A stretch of 64,000 nt of DNA from the human T2T-CHM13v2.0 reference genome, Homo sapiens, in the NCBI GenBank assembly GCA_009914755.4, contig CP086569.2, positions 29,760,001 through 29,824,000 on the forward strand, written 5' to 3'. The notes beneath the pieces are model-generated. The model worked only from the letters and a program-made list of their open reading frames with translations, was not told the DNA's origin and did no database searches. Both the position numbers and the translations under genes were made by a program. Positions 1-14,229 of this stretch are shown here, one piece after another (within the stretch, counting starts at the first letter, position 1; every line of letters starts with the position of its first letter).

Positions 1-3000
1 TGAAATGGAATGGAATAGAAAGGAATGGAATGAAATGGAATGGAAAGGATTCGAATGGAATGCAATCGAATGGAATGGAATCGAACGGAATGGAATAAAA
101 TGGAAGAAAACTGGCAAGAAATGGAATCGAAATGAATGGAGTGTTATGGAACGGACTCAAAAGGAATTGAATGTAATAGAATGGAGTGGAGTGGACTCGA
201 ATATAATGGACTGGAATGGAATGAAATCACATGGAATGGGAACGAATGGAATGGAATGGAAAGGAATGGAATCGAATGGAAAGGAATCGAATGGAAGGGA
301 ATGAAATTGAATCAACAGGAATGGAAGGGAATAGAATAGACGGTAATGGAATGGACTCGAATAGAATGGACACGAAAGCTCAAATTGAATGGACTCGAAT
401 GGAATGGAAACGAAAGGAATGTCATCGAATGGAATTGAATCGATTGGAATGAAATCGCATAGAATGGAGTGGAATCAAATGGAATTGAATCGAAAGGAAA
501 GGAAGCGAAGGGACTGAAATGAAATGGAATGGAATTGAATGGAAAGTAATGCAATGGAATAGAATGGAACGAAATTTCACGGAATGGAATCAAACTGAAT
601 GGAATCAAATCAATGGAATCAAATCAAATGGAATGGAAAGGAATTGAATGGAGTAGATTGGATTGGATGGGATTGGAATGAAATGTACTGGAAAGGACTC
701 GAATTTCATGAAACGGAATGGAATGAATTGGAACGGAATGGACTCGAATGGAATGGAATGTCATGGAATGGCATCAAATGGAATGGCATCAAATGGAATG
801 GAATCGAATGCAATGGAATGTTATGGAATGGAATGGAATGCATTGGAATGGAATGTCCTCTAACGGAATGGATTCGAGTGGAATGGAATCGAATATAATG
901 GAGTCGAATGAAATGGAATTGAAAGGAATGGGATCGAATACAATGGAATATACTGGAATGTAATGTAATGAACTCGAATGTAATTGACTGGAATGGAATG
1001 TATATGAATGGAATGTAATCGAATGTAAAGTAATCCAATGGAATAGAATCTAATGCAATAAAATCGACTCAGATAGAGTAGAATGTAATGGAATGGAGTG
1101 CAGTGCAATGGAATGGAATGGAATGGAATGCAATGGAATGGAATGGAATGGAATGGAATGGAATGGAATGGAATGGGATGGAATGGTATGGAATGGATAG
1201 TAATGGACTGGAGTGAAATGGACTGGAAAGGAATGGACTCAAATTGAAAGGGCTCGAAAGGAATGGAGTCAAATGGAATGGTCTGGAATGGAATGAACAC
1301 GAATGTAATGCAATCCAATAGAATGGAATCGAATGGCATGGAATATAAAGAAATGGAATCGAAGAGAATGGAAACAAATGGAATGGAATTGAAGGGAATG
1401 GAATTGAATGGAATGGGAACGAATGGAGTGAAATTGTATGCAGTAGAAGGGAATAGAATGGAATGCAAGCGAAAGGAAAGGAATGGATTGCAATGGAATG
1501 GAATTCATTGGAATGGAAGGGAATGTAGTGTAATGGACAGGCCTGGAATAAAGTGGAATGCTACGGTCTCGAATGGAATAAAAATATATGGAATGGAATG
1601 CAATGAAACGGAATCGAATGTCATAGAATGTAATGGAATGCAACAAAATGGAATCCAAAATCATTGACTGGAAAGGCTGGGTGTCGAAAGGAATTGACTC
1701 CAATGGAATGGAATCGAATGGAATGGAAGTGAATAGAATCGAACTAAATCGAATGGAATGGAATTGATAGGAACGGAATGGAAAGGAATGCAATGATTTG
1801 GCATGGAATGGAATCGATTGGCATCGAATGGAATGGAATGGAATGCAATGGAATGGAATGTATTAGAATGTAATGAACTTTAATGGAATGTACTCGAATG
1901 GATTCGACTGGAATGGAATGTTCTGGAAGTGAATGGACTCCAATGGAATGGATTCAAAAGGAATGGAATCGTACGGAATGGAATCTAATGGAATGGAATT
2001 AAATGGAAATGAATCAAATTGAGTAGCACGGAATTGAATTGAATGGAATCGAATGCAATGGAATCTAATTAAACGGAAAGGAAAGGAATGGAATGGAATG
2101 GAATGGGCTGGAATGGAAAGGAATCGAAACGAATGGAATGGAATCGAACTGAAGAGACTGGAATGGAATGCACTGGAATGGAAGGGAGTGTAATGGAAGG
2201 TTCTCGAAAATAATGGAATCGAATGGAATGGAATTGAATGGAACGGAATAGAGTCGAATGGAATTGAATGGAATGGAATGGACTAGAGTGAAATGGAATC
2301 GAACCACAAGGAATGGACATTAATAGAATGGTCTCGAATTGAATGGAATCGTATGGAATGGCATCAAACGGAATGGAATGGACAGCCACGGAATAGAATG
2401 CACTCGAATGCAATGGAGTCGAAACTAATGGACTGGAATAGAATGGACTCGACTGGTACGGACTCCAATGGAATGTAATCGAATGGAAGGGAATCGAACG
2501 GAATGGACTCGAAGGGAAAAGACTGCAATGGAAAGGTCTCAAATGGAATGGAAATTAATGGAATGGAATGGAATCGAATGAAATGGAGTCAAAAGGAATG
2601 GAATCGAATGGCAAGAAATCGAATGTAATGGAATCGCAAGGAATTGATGTGAACGGAACGGAATGGAATGGAATCCAAAGGAATGGAATAGAATGGAATG
2701 GAATCGAATGGAAAGGACTCGAATGGAAATCACTCGAATAGAATGCAATTTAATAAAATAGGATCAAATGGAATGGAATGGAATGGAAAGGAATCGAAAC
2801 GAAAGGAATGGAGACAGATGGAATGGAATGGAACAGAGAGCAATGGTATAGAATGGAATGGAATCATCTGGAATGGAATTGAATGGAATGGAATAATATG
2901 AAATGGAATGGAATGGAATGGAATGGAATGCCCTTGAATTAAATGGACTGGAATGGAATGGACTCGAACAGAGTGGAATGGAAAGTGTTGAGATAGAATG

Positions 3001-3564
3001 GAATGGACTCCTTTGGAATGGTGTAGTATGCAATGCAATCGACTGGCAGGGAATCAAAAAGAATGTAATCGAATGGATTGGACTGGAATGCAATGGACTC
3101 GAATATATTGGAAACGGAATGCAAAGGAATGGAATGGAATAGTATGGAATGGAATGGAAAGGAATGGATTGGAATAGACTAGAGTGGAATGGAATGGACT
3201 GGAAAGCAATGGACTGGAATGGAACTTTCTTGAATGGACTGGAATCAAACGGAATGGAATGCAATGCAATCAAATGGCATGGAATAAAATAGAATGAAAG
3301 AGAATCAAATGGAATTGAATCGAATGGAATCGAATGGATTGGAAAGGAATAGAATGGAATGGAATGGAATGGACTCAAATGGAATGGACTAGAATGGAAT
3401 GGATTCGAATGGAAGGCAAAGGAATGGAATCTATTGGAATGGACTGTAATGGAATGGAATGGAAGGGATTGGAATGGACTCGAATGGAATGGACTGCAAT
3501 AGAAAGGATTCGAATGGAATGAAAAAGAATTGAATGGAATAGAACAGAATGGAATCAAATCGAA
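1..3564 (+). repeat. HOR unit 1 (3564 bp; phase arbitrarily anchored at window position 1, motif tgaaatggaatggaatagaaagg)
   Basis: Anchor motif at 1 recurs at 3565; ORF 5..304 equals ORF 3569..3868. Confidence 0.9.
1101..1196 (+). repeat. Near-pure (GGAAT)n tract inside the HOR. Its copy number varies between units; equivalent tracts lie at ~4671–4765, 8241–8320, 11781–11860, 43811–43885 and elsewhere.
   Basis: ggaatggaatggaatggaatgcaatggaatggaatggaatggaatgg...gggatggaatggtatgg; the same tract is 5–15 bp longer or shorter in other units. Confidence 0.85.
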
Positions 3565-6500
3565 TGAAATGGAATGGAATAGAAAGGAATGGAATGAAAT
3601 GGAATGGAAAGGATTCGAATGGAATGCAATCGAATGGAATGGAATCGAACGGAATGTAATAAAATGGAAGAAAACTGGCAAGAAATGGAATCGAAATGAA
3701 TGGAGTGTTATGGAACAGACTCAAAAGGAATTGAATGTAATAGAATGGAGTGGAGTGGACTCGAATATAATGGACTGGAATGGAATGAAATCACATGGAA
3801 TGGGAACGAATGGAATGGAATGGAAAGGAATGGAATCGAATGGAAAGGAATCGAATGGAAGGGAATGAAATTGAATCAACAGGAATGGAAGGGAATAGAA
3901 TAGACGGTAATGGAATGGACTCGAATAGAATGGACACGAATGCTCAAATTGAATGGACTCGAATGGAATGGAAACGAAAGGAATGTCATCGAATGGAATT
4001 GAATCGATTGGAATGAAATCGCATAGAATGGAGTGGAATCAAATGGAATTGAATCGAAAGGAAAGGAAGCGAATGGACTGAAATGAAATGGAATGGAATT
4101 GAATGGAAAGTAATGCAATGGAATAGAATGGAACGAAATTTCACGGAATGGAATCAAACTGAATGGAATCAAATCAATGGAATCAAATCAAATGGAATGG
4201 AAAGGAATTGAATGGAGTAGATTGGATTGGATGGGATTGGAATGAAATGTACTGGAAAGGACTCGAATTTCATGAAACGGAATGGAATGAATTGGAACGG
4301 AATGGACTCGAATGGAATGGAATGTCATGGAATGGCATCAAATAGAATGGCATCAAATGGAATGGAATCGAATGCAATGGAATGCTATGGAATGGAATGG
4401 AATGCATTGGAATGGAATGTCCTCTAATGGAATGGATTCGAGTGGAATGGAATCGAATATAATGGAGTCGAATGAAATGGAATTGAAAGGAATGGGATCG
4501 AATACAATGGAATATACTGGAATGTAATGTAATGAACTCGAATGTAATTGACTGGAATGGAATGTACATGAATGGAATGTAATCGAATGGAAAGTAATCC
4601 AATGGAATAGAATCTAATGCAATAAAATCGACTCAGATAGAGTAGAATGTAATGGAATGGAGTGCAGTGCAATGGAATGGAATGGAATGGAATGCAATGG
4701 AATGGAATGGAATGGAATGGAATGGAATGGAATGGAATGGGATGGGATGGAATGGTATGGAATGGATAGTAATGGACTGGAGTGAAATGGACTGGAAAGG
4801 AATGGACTCAAATTGAAAGGGCTCGAAAGGAATGGAGTCAAATGGAATGGTCTGGAATGGAATGAACACGAATGTAATGCAATCCAATAGAATGGAATCG
4901 AATGGCATGGAATATAAAGAAATGGAATCGAAGAGAATGGAAACAAATGGAATGGAATTGAATGGAATGGAATTGAATCGAATGGGAACGAATGGAGTGA
5001 AATTGTATGCAGTAGAAGGGAATAGAATGGAATGCAAGCGAAAGGAAAGGAATGGATTGGAATGGAATGGAATTCATTGGAATGTAAGGGAATGTAGTGT
5101 AATGGACAGGCCTGGAATAAAGTGGAATGCTACGGTCTCGAATGGAATAAAAATGTATGGAATGGAATGCAATGAAACGGAATCGAATGTCATAGAATGT
5201 AATGGAATGCAAAAAAATGGAATCCAAAATCATTGACTGGAAAGGCTGGGTGTCGAAAGGAATTGACTCCAATGGAATGGAATCGAATGGAATGGAAGTG
5301 AATAGAATCGAACTAAATCGAATGGAATGGAATTGATAGGAACGGAATGGAAAGGAATGCAATGATTTGGCATGGAATGGAATCGAATGGCATCGAATGG
5401 AATGGAATGGAATGCAATGGAATGGAATGTACTAGAATGTAATGAACTTTAATGGAATGTACTCGAATGGATTCGACTGGAATGGAATGTTCTGGAAGTG
5501 AATGGACTCCAATGGAATGGATTCAAAAGGAATGGAATCGTACGGAATGGAATCTAATGGAATGGAATTAAATGGAAATGAATCAAATTGAATAGCACGG
5601 AATTGAATTGAATGGAATGGAATGCAATGGAATCTAATGAAACGGAAAGGAAAGGAATGGAATGGAATGGAATGGGCTGGAATGGAAAGGAATCGAAACG
5701 AATGGAATGGAATCGAACTGAACAGACTGGAATGGAATGCACTGGAATGGAAGGGAGTGTAATGGAAGGTTCTCGAAAAAAATGGAATCGAATGGAATGG
5801 AATTGAATGGAACGGAATAGAGTCGAATGGAATTGAATGGAATGGAATGGACTAGAGTGAAATGGAATCGAACCTCAAGGAATGGACAGGAATAGAATGG
5901 TCTCGAATTGAATGGAATCGTATGGAATGGTATCAAACGGAATGGAATGGACAGCCACGGAATGGAATGCACTCGAATGCAATGGAGTCGAAACTAATGG
6001 ACTGGAATAGAATGGACTCGACTGGTACGGACTCCAATGGAATTTAATCGAATGGAAGGGAATCGAACGGAATGGACTCGAAGGGAAAAGACTGCAATGG
6101 AAAGGTCTCGAATGGAATGGAAATTAATGGAATGGAATGGAATCGAATGAAATGGAGTCAAAAGGAATGGAATCGAATGGCAAGAAATCGAATGTAATGG
6201 AATCGCAAGGAATTGATGTGAACGGAACGGAATGGAATGGAATCCAAAGGAATGGAATAGAATGGAATGGAATCGAATGGAAAGGACTCGAATGGAAATC
6301 ACTCGAATAGAATGCAATTTAATAAAATAGGATCAAATGTAATGGAATAGAATGGAAAGGAATCGAAACGAAAGGAATGGAGACAGATGGAATGGAATGG
6401 AACAGAGAGCAATGGTATAGAATGGAATGGAATCATCTGGAATGGAATTGAATGGAATGGAATAATATGAAATGGAATGGAATGGAATGGAATGGAATGC

Positions 6501-7133
6501 CCTTGAATTAAATGGACTGGAATGGAATGGACTCGAACAGAGTGGAATGGAAAGTGTTGAGATAGAATGGAATGGACTCCTTTGGAATGGTGTAGTACGC
6601 AATGCAATCGACTGGCAGGGAATCAAAAGGAATGTAATCGAATGGATTGGACTGGAATGCAATGGACTCGAATAGATTGGAAACGGAATGCAAAGGAATG
6701 GAATGGAATAGTATGGAATGGAATGGAAAGGAATGGAGTGGAATAGACTAGAGTGGAATGGAATGGACTGGAAAGCAATGGACTGGAATGGAACTTTCTT
6801 GAATGGACTGGAATCAAACGGAATGGAATGCAATGCAATCAAATGGCATGGAATAAAATAGAATGAAAGAGAATCAAATGGAATTGAATCGAATGGAATC
6901 GAATGGATTGGAAAGGAATAGAATGGAATGGAATGGAATTGACTCAAATGGAATGGACTAGAATGGAATGGATTCGAATGGAAGGCAAAGGAATGGAATC
7001 TATTGGAATGGACTGTAATGGAATGGAATGGAAGGGATTGGAATGGACTCGAATGGAATGGACTGCAATAGAAAGGATTCGAATGGAATGAAAAAGAATT
7101 GAATGGAATAGAACAGAATGGAATCAAATCGAA
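3565..7133 (+). repeat. HOR unit 2 (3569 bp)
   Basis: Anchor motif at 3565 and 7134; ORF set of unit 1 is reproduced. Confidence 0.9.
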
Positions 7134-10100
7134 TGAAATGGAATGGAATAGAAAGGAATGGAATGAAATGGAATGGAAAGGATTCGAATGGAATGCAATC
7201 GAATGGAATGGAATCGAACGGAATGGAATAAAATGGAAGAAAACTGGCAAGAAATGGAATCGAAATGAATGGAGTGTTATGGAACGGACTCAAAAGGAAT
7301 TGAATGTAATAGAATGGAGTGGAGTGGACTCGAATATAATGGACTGGAAGAATGGAATGAAATCACATGGAATGGGAACGAATGGAATGGAATGGAAAGG
7401 AATGGAATCGAATGGAAAGGAATCGAATGGAAGGGAATGAAATTGAATCAACAGGAATGGAAGGGAATAGAATAGACGGTAATGGAATGGACTCGAATAG
7501 AATGGACACGAATGCTCAAATTGAATGGACTCGAATGGAATGGAAACGAAAGGAATGTCATCGAATGGAATTGAATCGATTGGAATGAAATCGCATAGAA
7601 TGGAGTGGAATCAAATGGAATTGAATCGAAAGGAAAGGAAGCGAATGGACTGAAATGAAATGGAATGGAATTGAATGGAAAGTAATGCAATGGAATAGAA
7701 TGGAACGAAATTTCACGGAATGGAATCAAACTGAATGGAATCAAATCAATGGAATCAAATCAAATGGAATGGAAAGGAATTGAATGGAGTAGATTGGATT
7801 GGATGGGATTGGAATGAAATGTACTGGAAAGGACTCGAATTTCATGAAACGGAATGGAATGAATTGGAACGGAATGGACTCGAATGGAATGGAATGTCAT
7901 GGAATGGCATCAAATGGAATGGCATCAAATGGAATGAAATCGAATGCAATGGAATGCTATGGAATGGAATGGAATGCATTGGAATGGAATGTCCTCTAAT
8001 GGAATGGATTCGAGTGGAATGGAATCGAATATAATGGAGTCGAATGAAATGGAATTGAAAGGAATGGGATCGAATATAATGGAATATACTGGAATGTAAT
8101 GTAATGAACTCGAATGCAATTGACTGGAATGGAATGTACATGAATGGAATGTAATCGAATGTAAAGTAATCCAATGGAATAGAATCTAATGCAATAAAAT
8201 CGACTCAGATAGAGTAGAATGTAATGGAATGGAGTGCAGTGCAATGGAATGGAATGGAATGGAATGCAATGGAATGGAATGGAATGGAATGGAATGGGAT
8301 GGAATGGTATGGAATGGATAGTAATGGACTGGAGTGAAATGGACTGGAAAGGAATGGACTCAAATTGAAAGGGCTCGAAAGGAATGGAGACAAATGGAAT
8401 GGTCTGGAATGGAATGAACACGAATGTAATGCAATCCAATAGAATGGAGTCGAATGGCATGGAATATAAAGAAATGGAATCGAAGAGAATGGAAACAAAT
8501 GGAATGGAATTGAATGGAATGGAATTGAATGGAATGGGAACGAATGGAGTGAAATTGTATGCAGTAGAAGAGAATAGAATGGAATGCAAGCGAAAGGAAA
8601 GGAATGGATTGGAATGGAATGGAATTCATTGGAATGGAAGGGAATGTAGTGTAATGGACAGGCCTGGAATAAAGTGGAATGCTACGGTCTCGAATGGAAT
8701 AAAAATGTATGGAATGGAATGCAATGAAACGGAATCGAATGTCATAGAATGTAATGGAATGCAAAAAAATGGAATCCAAAATCATTCACTGGAAAGGCTG
8801 GGTGTCGAAAGGAATTGACTCCAATGGAATGGAATCGAATGGAATGGAAGTGAATAGAATCGAACTAAATCGAATGGAATGGAATTGATAGGAACGGAAT
8901 GGAAAGGAATGCAATGATTTGGCATGGAATGGAATCGAATGGCATCGAATGGAATGGAATGGAATGCAATGGAATGGAATGTATTAGAATGTAATGAACT
9001 TTAATGGAATGTACTCGAATGGATTCGACTGGAATGGAATGTTCTGGAAGTGAATGGACTCCAATGGAATGGATTCAAAAGGAATGGAATCGTACGGAAT
9101 GGAATCTAATGGAATGGAATTAAATGGAAATGAAGCAAATTGAATAGCACGGAATTGAATTGAATGGAATGGAATGCAATGGAATCTAATGAAACGGAAA
9201 GGAAAGGAATGGAATGGAATGGAATGGGCTGGAATGGAAAGGAATCGAAACGAATGGAATGGAATCGAACTGAAGAGACTGGAATGGAATGCACTGTAAT
9301 GGAAGGGAGTGTAATGGAAGGTTCTCGAAAATAATGGAATCGAATGGAATGGAATTGAATGGAACGGAATAGAGTCGAATGGAATTGAATGGAATGGAAT
9401 GGACTAGAGTGAAATGGAATCGAACCACAAGGAATGGACAGGAATAGAATGGTCTCGAATTGAATGGAATCGTATGGAATGGCATCAAACGGAATGGAAT
9501 GGACAGCCACGGAATGGAATGCACTCGAATGCACTGCAGTCGAAACTTATGGACTGGAATAGAATGGACTCGACTGGTACGGACTCCAATGGAATGGAAT
9601 CGAATGGAAGGGATTCGAACGGAATGGACTCGAAGGGAAAAGACTGCAATGGAAAGGTCTCGAATGGAATGGAAATTAATGGAATGGAATGGAATCGAAT
9701 GAAATGGAGTCAAAAGGAATGGAATCGAATGGCAAGAAATCGAATGTAATGGAATCGCAAGGAATTGATGTGAACGGAACGGAATGGAATGGAATCCAAA
9801 GGAATGGAATAGAATGGAATGGAATCGAATGGAAAGGACTCGAATGGAAATCACTCGAATAGAATGCAATTTAATAAAATAGGATCAAATGTAATGGAAT
9901 GGAATGGAAAGGAATCGAAACGAAAGGAATGGAGACAGATGGAATGGAATGGAACAGAGAGCAATGGTATAGAATGGAATGGAATCATCTGGAATGGAAT
10001 TGAATGGAATGGAATAATATGAAATGGAATGGAATGGAATGGAATGGAATGGAATGCCCTTGAATTAAATGGACTGGAATGGAATGGACTCGAACAGAGT

Positions 10101-10690
10101 GGAATGGAAAGTGTTGAGATAGAATGCAATGGACTCCTTCGGAATGGTCTAGTATGCAATGCAATCGACTGGCAGGGAATCAAAAGGAATGTAATCGAAT
10201 GGATTGGACTGGAATGCAATGGACTCGAATAGATTGGAAACGGAATGCAAAGGAATGGAATGGAATAGTATGGAATGGAATGGAAAGGAATGGAGTGGAA
10301 TAGACTAGAGTGGAATGGAATGGACTGGAAAGCAATGGACTGGAATGGAACTTTCTTGAATGGACTGGAATCAAACGGAATGGAATGCAATGCAATCAAA
10401 TGGCATGGAATAAAATAGAATGAAAGAGAATCAAATGGAATTGAATCGAATGGAATCGAATGGATTGGAAAGGAATAGAATGGAATGGAATGGAATTGAC
10501 TCAAATGGAATGGACTAGAATGGAATGGATTCGAATGGAAGGCAAAGGAATGGAATCTATTGGAATGGACTGTAATGGAATGGAATGGAAGGGATTGGAA
10601 TGGACTCGAATGGAATGGACTGCAATAGAAAGGATTCGAATGGAATGAAAAAGAATTGAATGGAATAGAACAGAATGGAATCAAATCGAA
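7134..10690 (+). repeat. HOR unit 3 (3557 bp)
   Basis: Anchor motif at 7134 and 10691. Confidence 0.9.
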
Positions 10691-13600
10691 TGAAATGGAA
10701 TGGAATAGAAAGGAATGGAATGAAATGGAATGGAAAGGATTCGAATGGAATGCAATCGAATGGAATGGAATCGAACGGAATGGAATAAAATGGAAGAAAA
10801 CTGGCAAGAAATGGAATCGAAAGGAATGGAGTGTGATGATACGGACTCAAAAGGAATTGAATGTAATAGAATGGAGTGGAGTGGACTCGAATATAATGGA
10901 CTGGAATGGAATGAAATCACATGGAATGGGAACGAATGGAATGGAATGGAAAGGAATGGAAAGGAATCGAATGGAAGGGAATGAAATTGAATCAACAGGA
11001 ATGGAAGGGAATAGAATAGACGGTAATGGAATGGACTCGAATAGAATGGACACGAATGCTCAAATTGAATGGACTCGAATGGAATGGAAACGAAAGGAAT
11101 GTCATCGAATGGAATTGAATCGATTGGAATGAAATCGCATAGAATGGAGTGGAATCAAATGGAATTGAATCGAAAGGAAAGGAAGCGAATGGACTGAAAT
11201 GAAATGGAATGGAATTGAATGGAAAGTAATGCAATGGAATAGAATGGAACGAAATTTCACGGAATGGAATCAAACTGAATGGAATCAAATCAATGGAATC
11301 AAATCAAATGGAATGGAAAGGAATTGAATGGAGTAGATTGGATTGGATGGGATTGGAATGAAATGTACTGGAAAGGACTCGAATTTCATGAAACGGAATG
11401 GAATGAATTGGAACGGAATGGACTCGAATGGAATGGAATGTCATGGAATGGCATCAAATGGAATGGCATCAAATGGAATGAAATCGAATGCAATGGAATG
11501 CTATGGAATGGAATGGAATGCATTGGAATGGAATGTCCTCTAATGGAATGGATTCGAGTGGAATGGAATCGAATATAATGGAGTCGAATGAAATGGAATT
11601 GAAAGGAATGGGATCGAATATAATGGAATATACTGGAATGTAATGTAATGAACTCGAATGTAATTGACTGGAATGGAATGTACATGAATGGAATGTAATC
11701 GAATGTAAAGTAATCCAATGGAATAGAATCTAATGCAATAAAATCGACTCAGATAGAGTAGAATGTAATGGAATGGAGTGCAGTGCAATGGAATGGAATG
11801 GAATGGAATGCAATGGAATGGAATGGAATGGAATGGGATGGAATGGGATGGAATGGTATGGAATGGATAGTAATGGACTGGAGTGAAATGGACTGGAAAG
11901 GAATGGACTCAAATTGAAAGGGCTCGAAAGGAATGGAGACAAATGGAATGGTCTGGAATGGAATGAACACGAATGTAATGCAATCCAATAGAATGGAGTC
12001 GAATGGCATGGAATATAAAGAAATGGAATCGAAGAGAATGGAAACAAATGGAATGGAATTGAATGGAATGGAATTGAATGGAATGGGAACGAATGGAGTG
12101 AAATTGTATGCAGTAGAAGAGAATAGAATGGAATGCAAGCGAAAGGAAAGGAATGGATTGGAATGGAATGGAATTCATTGGAATGGAAGGGAATGTAGTG
12201 TAATGGACAGTCCTGGAATAAAGTGGAATGCTACGGTCTCGAATGGAATAAAAATGTATGGAATGGAATGCAATGAAACGGAATCGAATGTCATAGAATG
12301 TAATGGAATGCAAAAAAATGGAATCCAAAATCATTGACTGGAAAGGCTGGGTGTCGAAAGGAATTGACTCCAATGGAATGGAATCGAATGGAATGGAAGT
12401 GAATAGAATCGAACTAAATCGAATGGAATGGAATTGATAGGAACGGAATGGAAAGGAATGCAATGATTTGGCATGGAATGGAATCGAATGGCATCGAATG
12501 GAATGGAATGGAATGCAATGGAATGGAATGTATTAGAATGTAATGAACTTTAATGGAATGTACTCGAATGGATTCGACTGGAATGGAATATTCTGGAAGT
12601 GAATGGACTCCAATGGAATGGATTCAAAAGGAATGGAATCGTACGGAATGGAATCTAACGGAATGGAATTAAATGGAAATGAAGCAAATTGAATAGCACG
12701 GAATTGAATTGAATGGAATGGAATGCAATGGAATCTAATGAAACGGAAAGGAAAGGAATGGAATGGAATGGAATGGGCTGGAATGGAAAGGAATCGAAAC
12801 GAATGGAATGGAATCGAACTGAAGAGACTGGAATGGAATGCACTGGAATGGAAGGGAGTGTAATGGAAGGTTCTCGAAAATAATGGAATCGAATGGAATG
12901 GAATTGAATGGAACGGAATAGAGTCGAATGGAATTGAATGGAATGGAATGGACTAGAGTGAAATGGAATCGAACCACAAGGAATGGACAGGAATAGAATG
13001 CTCTCGAATTGAATGGAATCGTATGGAATGGCATCAAACGGAATGGAATGGACAGCCACGGAATGGAATGCACTCGAATGCACTGGAGTCGAAACTTATG
13101 GACTGGAATAGAATGGACTCGACTGGTACGGACTCCAATGGAATGGAATCGAATGGAAGGGATTCGAACGGAATGGACTCGAAGGGAAAAGACTGCAATG
13201 GAAAGGTCTCGAATGGAATGGAAATTAATGGAATGGAATGGAATCGAATGAAATGGAGTCAAAAGGAATGGAATCGAATGGCAAGAAATCGAATGTAATG
13301 GAATCGCAAGGAATTGATGTGAACGGAACGGAATGGAATGGAATCCAAAGGAATGGAATAGAATGGAATGGAATCGAATGGAAAGGACTCGAATGGAAAT
13401 CACTCGAATAGAATGCAATTTAATAAAATAGGATCAAATGTAATGGAATGGAATGGAAAGGAATCGAAACGAAAGGAATGGAGACAGATGGAATGGAATG
13501 GAACAGAGAGCAATGGTATAGAATGGAATGGAATCATCTGGAATGGAATTGAATGGAATGGAATAATATGAAATGGAATGGAATGGAATGGAATGCCCTT

Positions 13601-14229
13601 GAATTAAATGGACTGGAATGGAATGGACTCGAACAGAGTGGAATGGAAAGTGTTGAGATAGAATGGAATGGACTCCTTTGGAATGGTGTAGTATGCAATG
13701 CAATAGACTGGCAGGGAATCAAAAGGAATGTAATCGAATGGATTGCACTGGAATGCAATGGACTCGAATAGATTGGAAACGGAATGCAAAGGAATGGAAT
13801 GGAATAGTATGGAATGGAATGGAAAGGAATGGAGTGGAATAGACTAGAGTGGAAAGGAATGGACTGGAAAGCAATGGACTGGAATGGAACTTTCTTGAAT
13901 GGACTGGAATCAAACGGAATGGAATGCAATGCAATCAAATGGCATGGAATAAAATAGAATGAAAGAGAATCAAATGGAATTGAATCGAATGGAATCGAAT
14001 GGATTGGAAAGGAATAGAATGGAATGGAATGGAATTGACTCAAATGGAATGGACTAGAATGGAATGGATTCGAATGGAAGGCAAAGGAATGGAATCTATT
14101 GGAATGGACTGTAATGGAATGGAATGGAAGGGATTGGAATGGACTCGAATGGAATGGACTGCAATAGAAAGGATTCGAATGGAATGAAAAAGAATTGAAT
14201 GGAATAGAACAGAATGGAATCAAATCGAA
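10691..14229 (+). repeat. HOR unit 4 (3539 bp). It carries a 10-bp deletion near 10955–10960, fewer GGAAT copies near 13561–13600, and a G>T change at 12211 that destroys the unit's HaeIII site.
   Basis: Anchor motif at 10691 and 14230. Fused ORF 10656..11132 arises from the 10-bp deletion. At 12205–12216 the sequence reads ggacagtcctgg instead of ggacaggcctgg. Confidence 0.9.

Noticed and set aside
1101-1196. Pure (GGAAT)n tracts, considered as candidate heat-shock-element clusters or HSF1-binding regulatory sites to annotate as promoter_or_regulatory.
   Set aside because: GAA repeats here are all direct repeats at 5-bp spacing on one strand, not the alternating inverted nGAAnnTTCn arrangement. 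Any HSF1 or SatIII-transcription role is a generic property of HSat3 and cannot be assigned to specific coordinates from the sequence alone.
1535-1690. Less pentamer-like segment in each unit (gacaggcctggaataaagtggaatgctacggtctcg ... ctggaaaggctgggtgtcgaaagg), considered as a possible inserted element or embedded small RNA or gene.
   Set aside because: - It is still decomposable into diverged GGAAT-derived pentamers.
- It is present at the same offset in every HOR copy (5104–5260, 8653–8810, and so on).
- It has no terminal repeats or target-site duplications. It is an integral, more diverged part of the HOR.
2764-3681. Long (305–318 aa) minus-strand ORFs recurring in every unit (e.g. 2764..3681, 6333..7250, 9851..10807, 41878..42834). 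These were considered as possible repeat-rich proteins, or as members of a novel multi-copy gene family or defence system.
   Set aside because: - Their composition is pure IPFHS/FHSIP low complexity, derived from ATTCC repeats.
- They overlap other long ORFs in other frames and on the opposite strand.
- Their length changes follow 5–15-bp satellite indels.
- They recur once per 3.56-kb HOR.
- There is no start context and no domain-like region. They are translation artefacts of satellite DNA.
3565-10690. Considered whether the true period is a multiple of 3.56 kb across the whole window (e.g. a uniform 7.1-kb or 14.3-kb HOR).
   Set aside because: The A/B alternation holds only for units 6–11. 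Units 1–5 and 12–19 do not alternate with the same markers, so 3.56 kb is the fundamental HOR. The 7.1-kb dimer is a local, secondary amplification.
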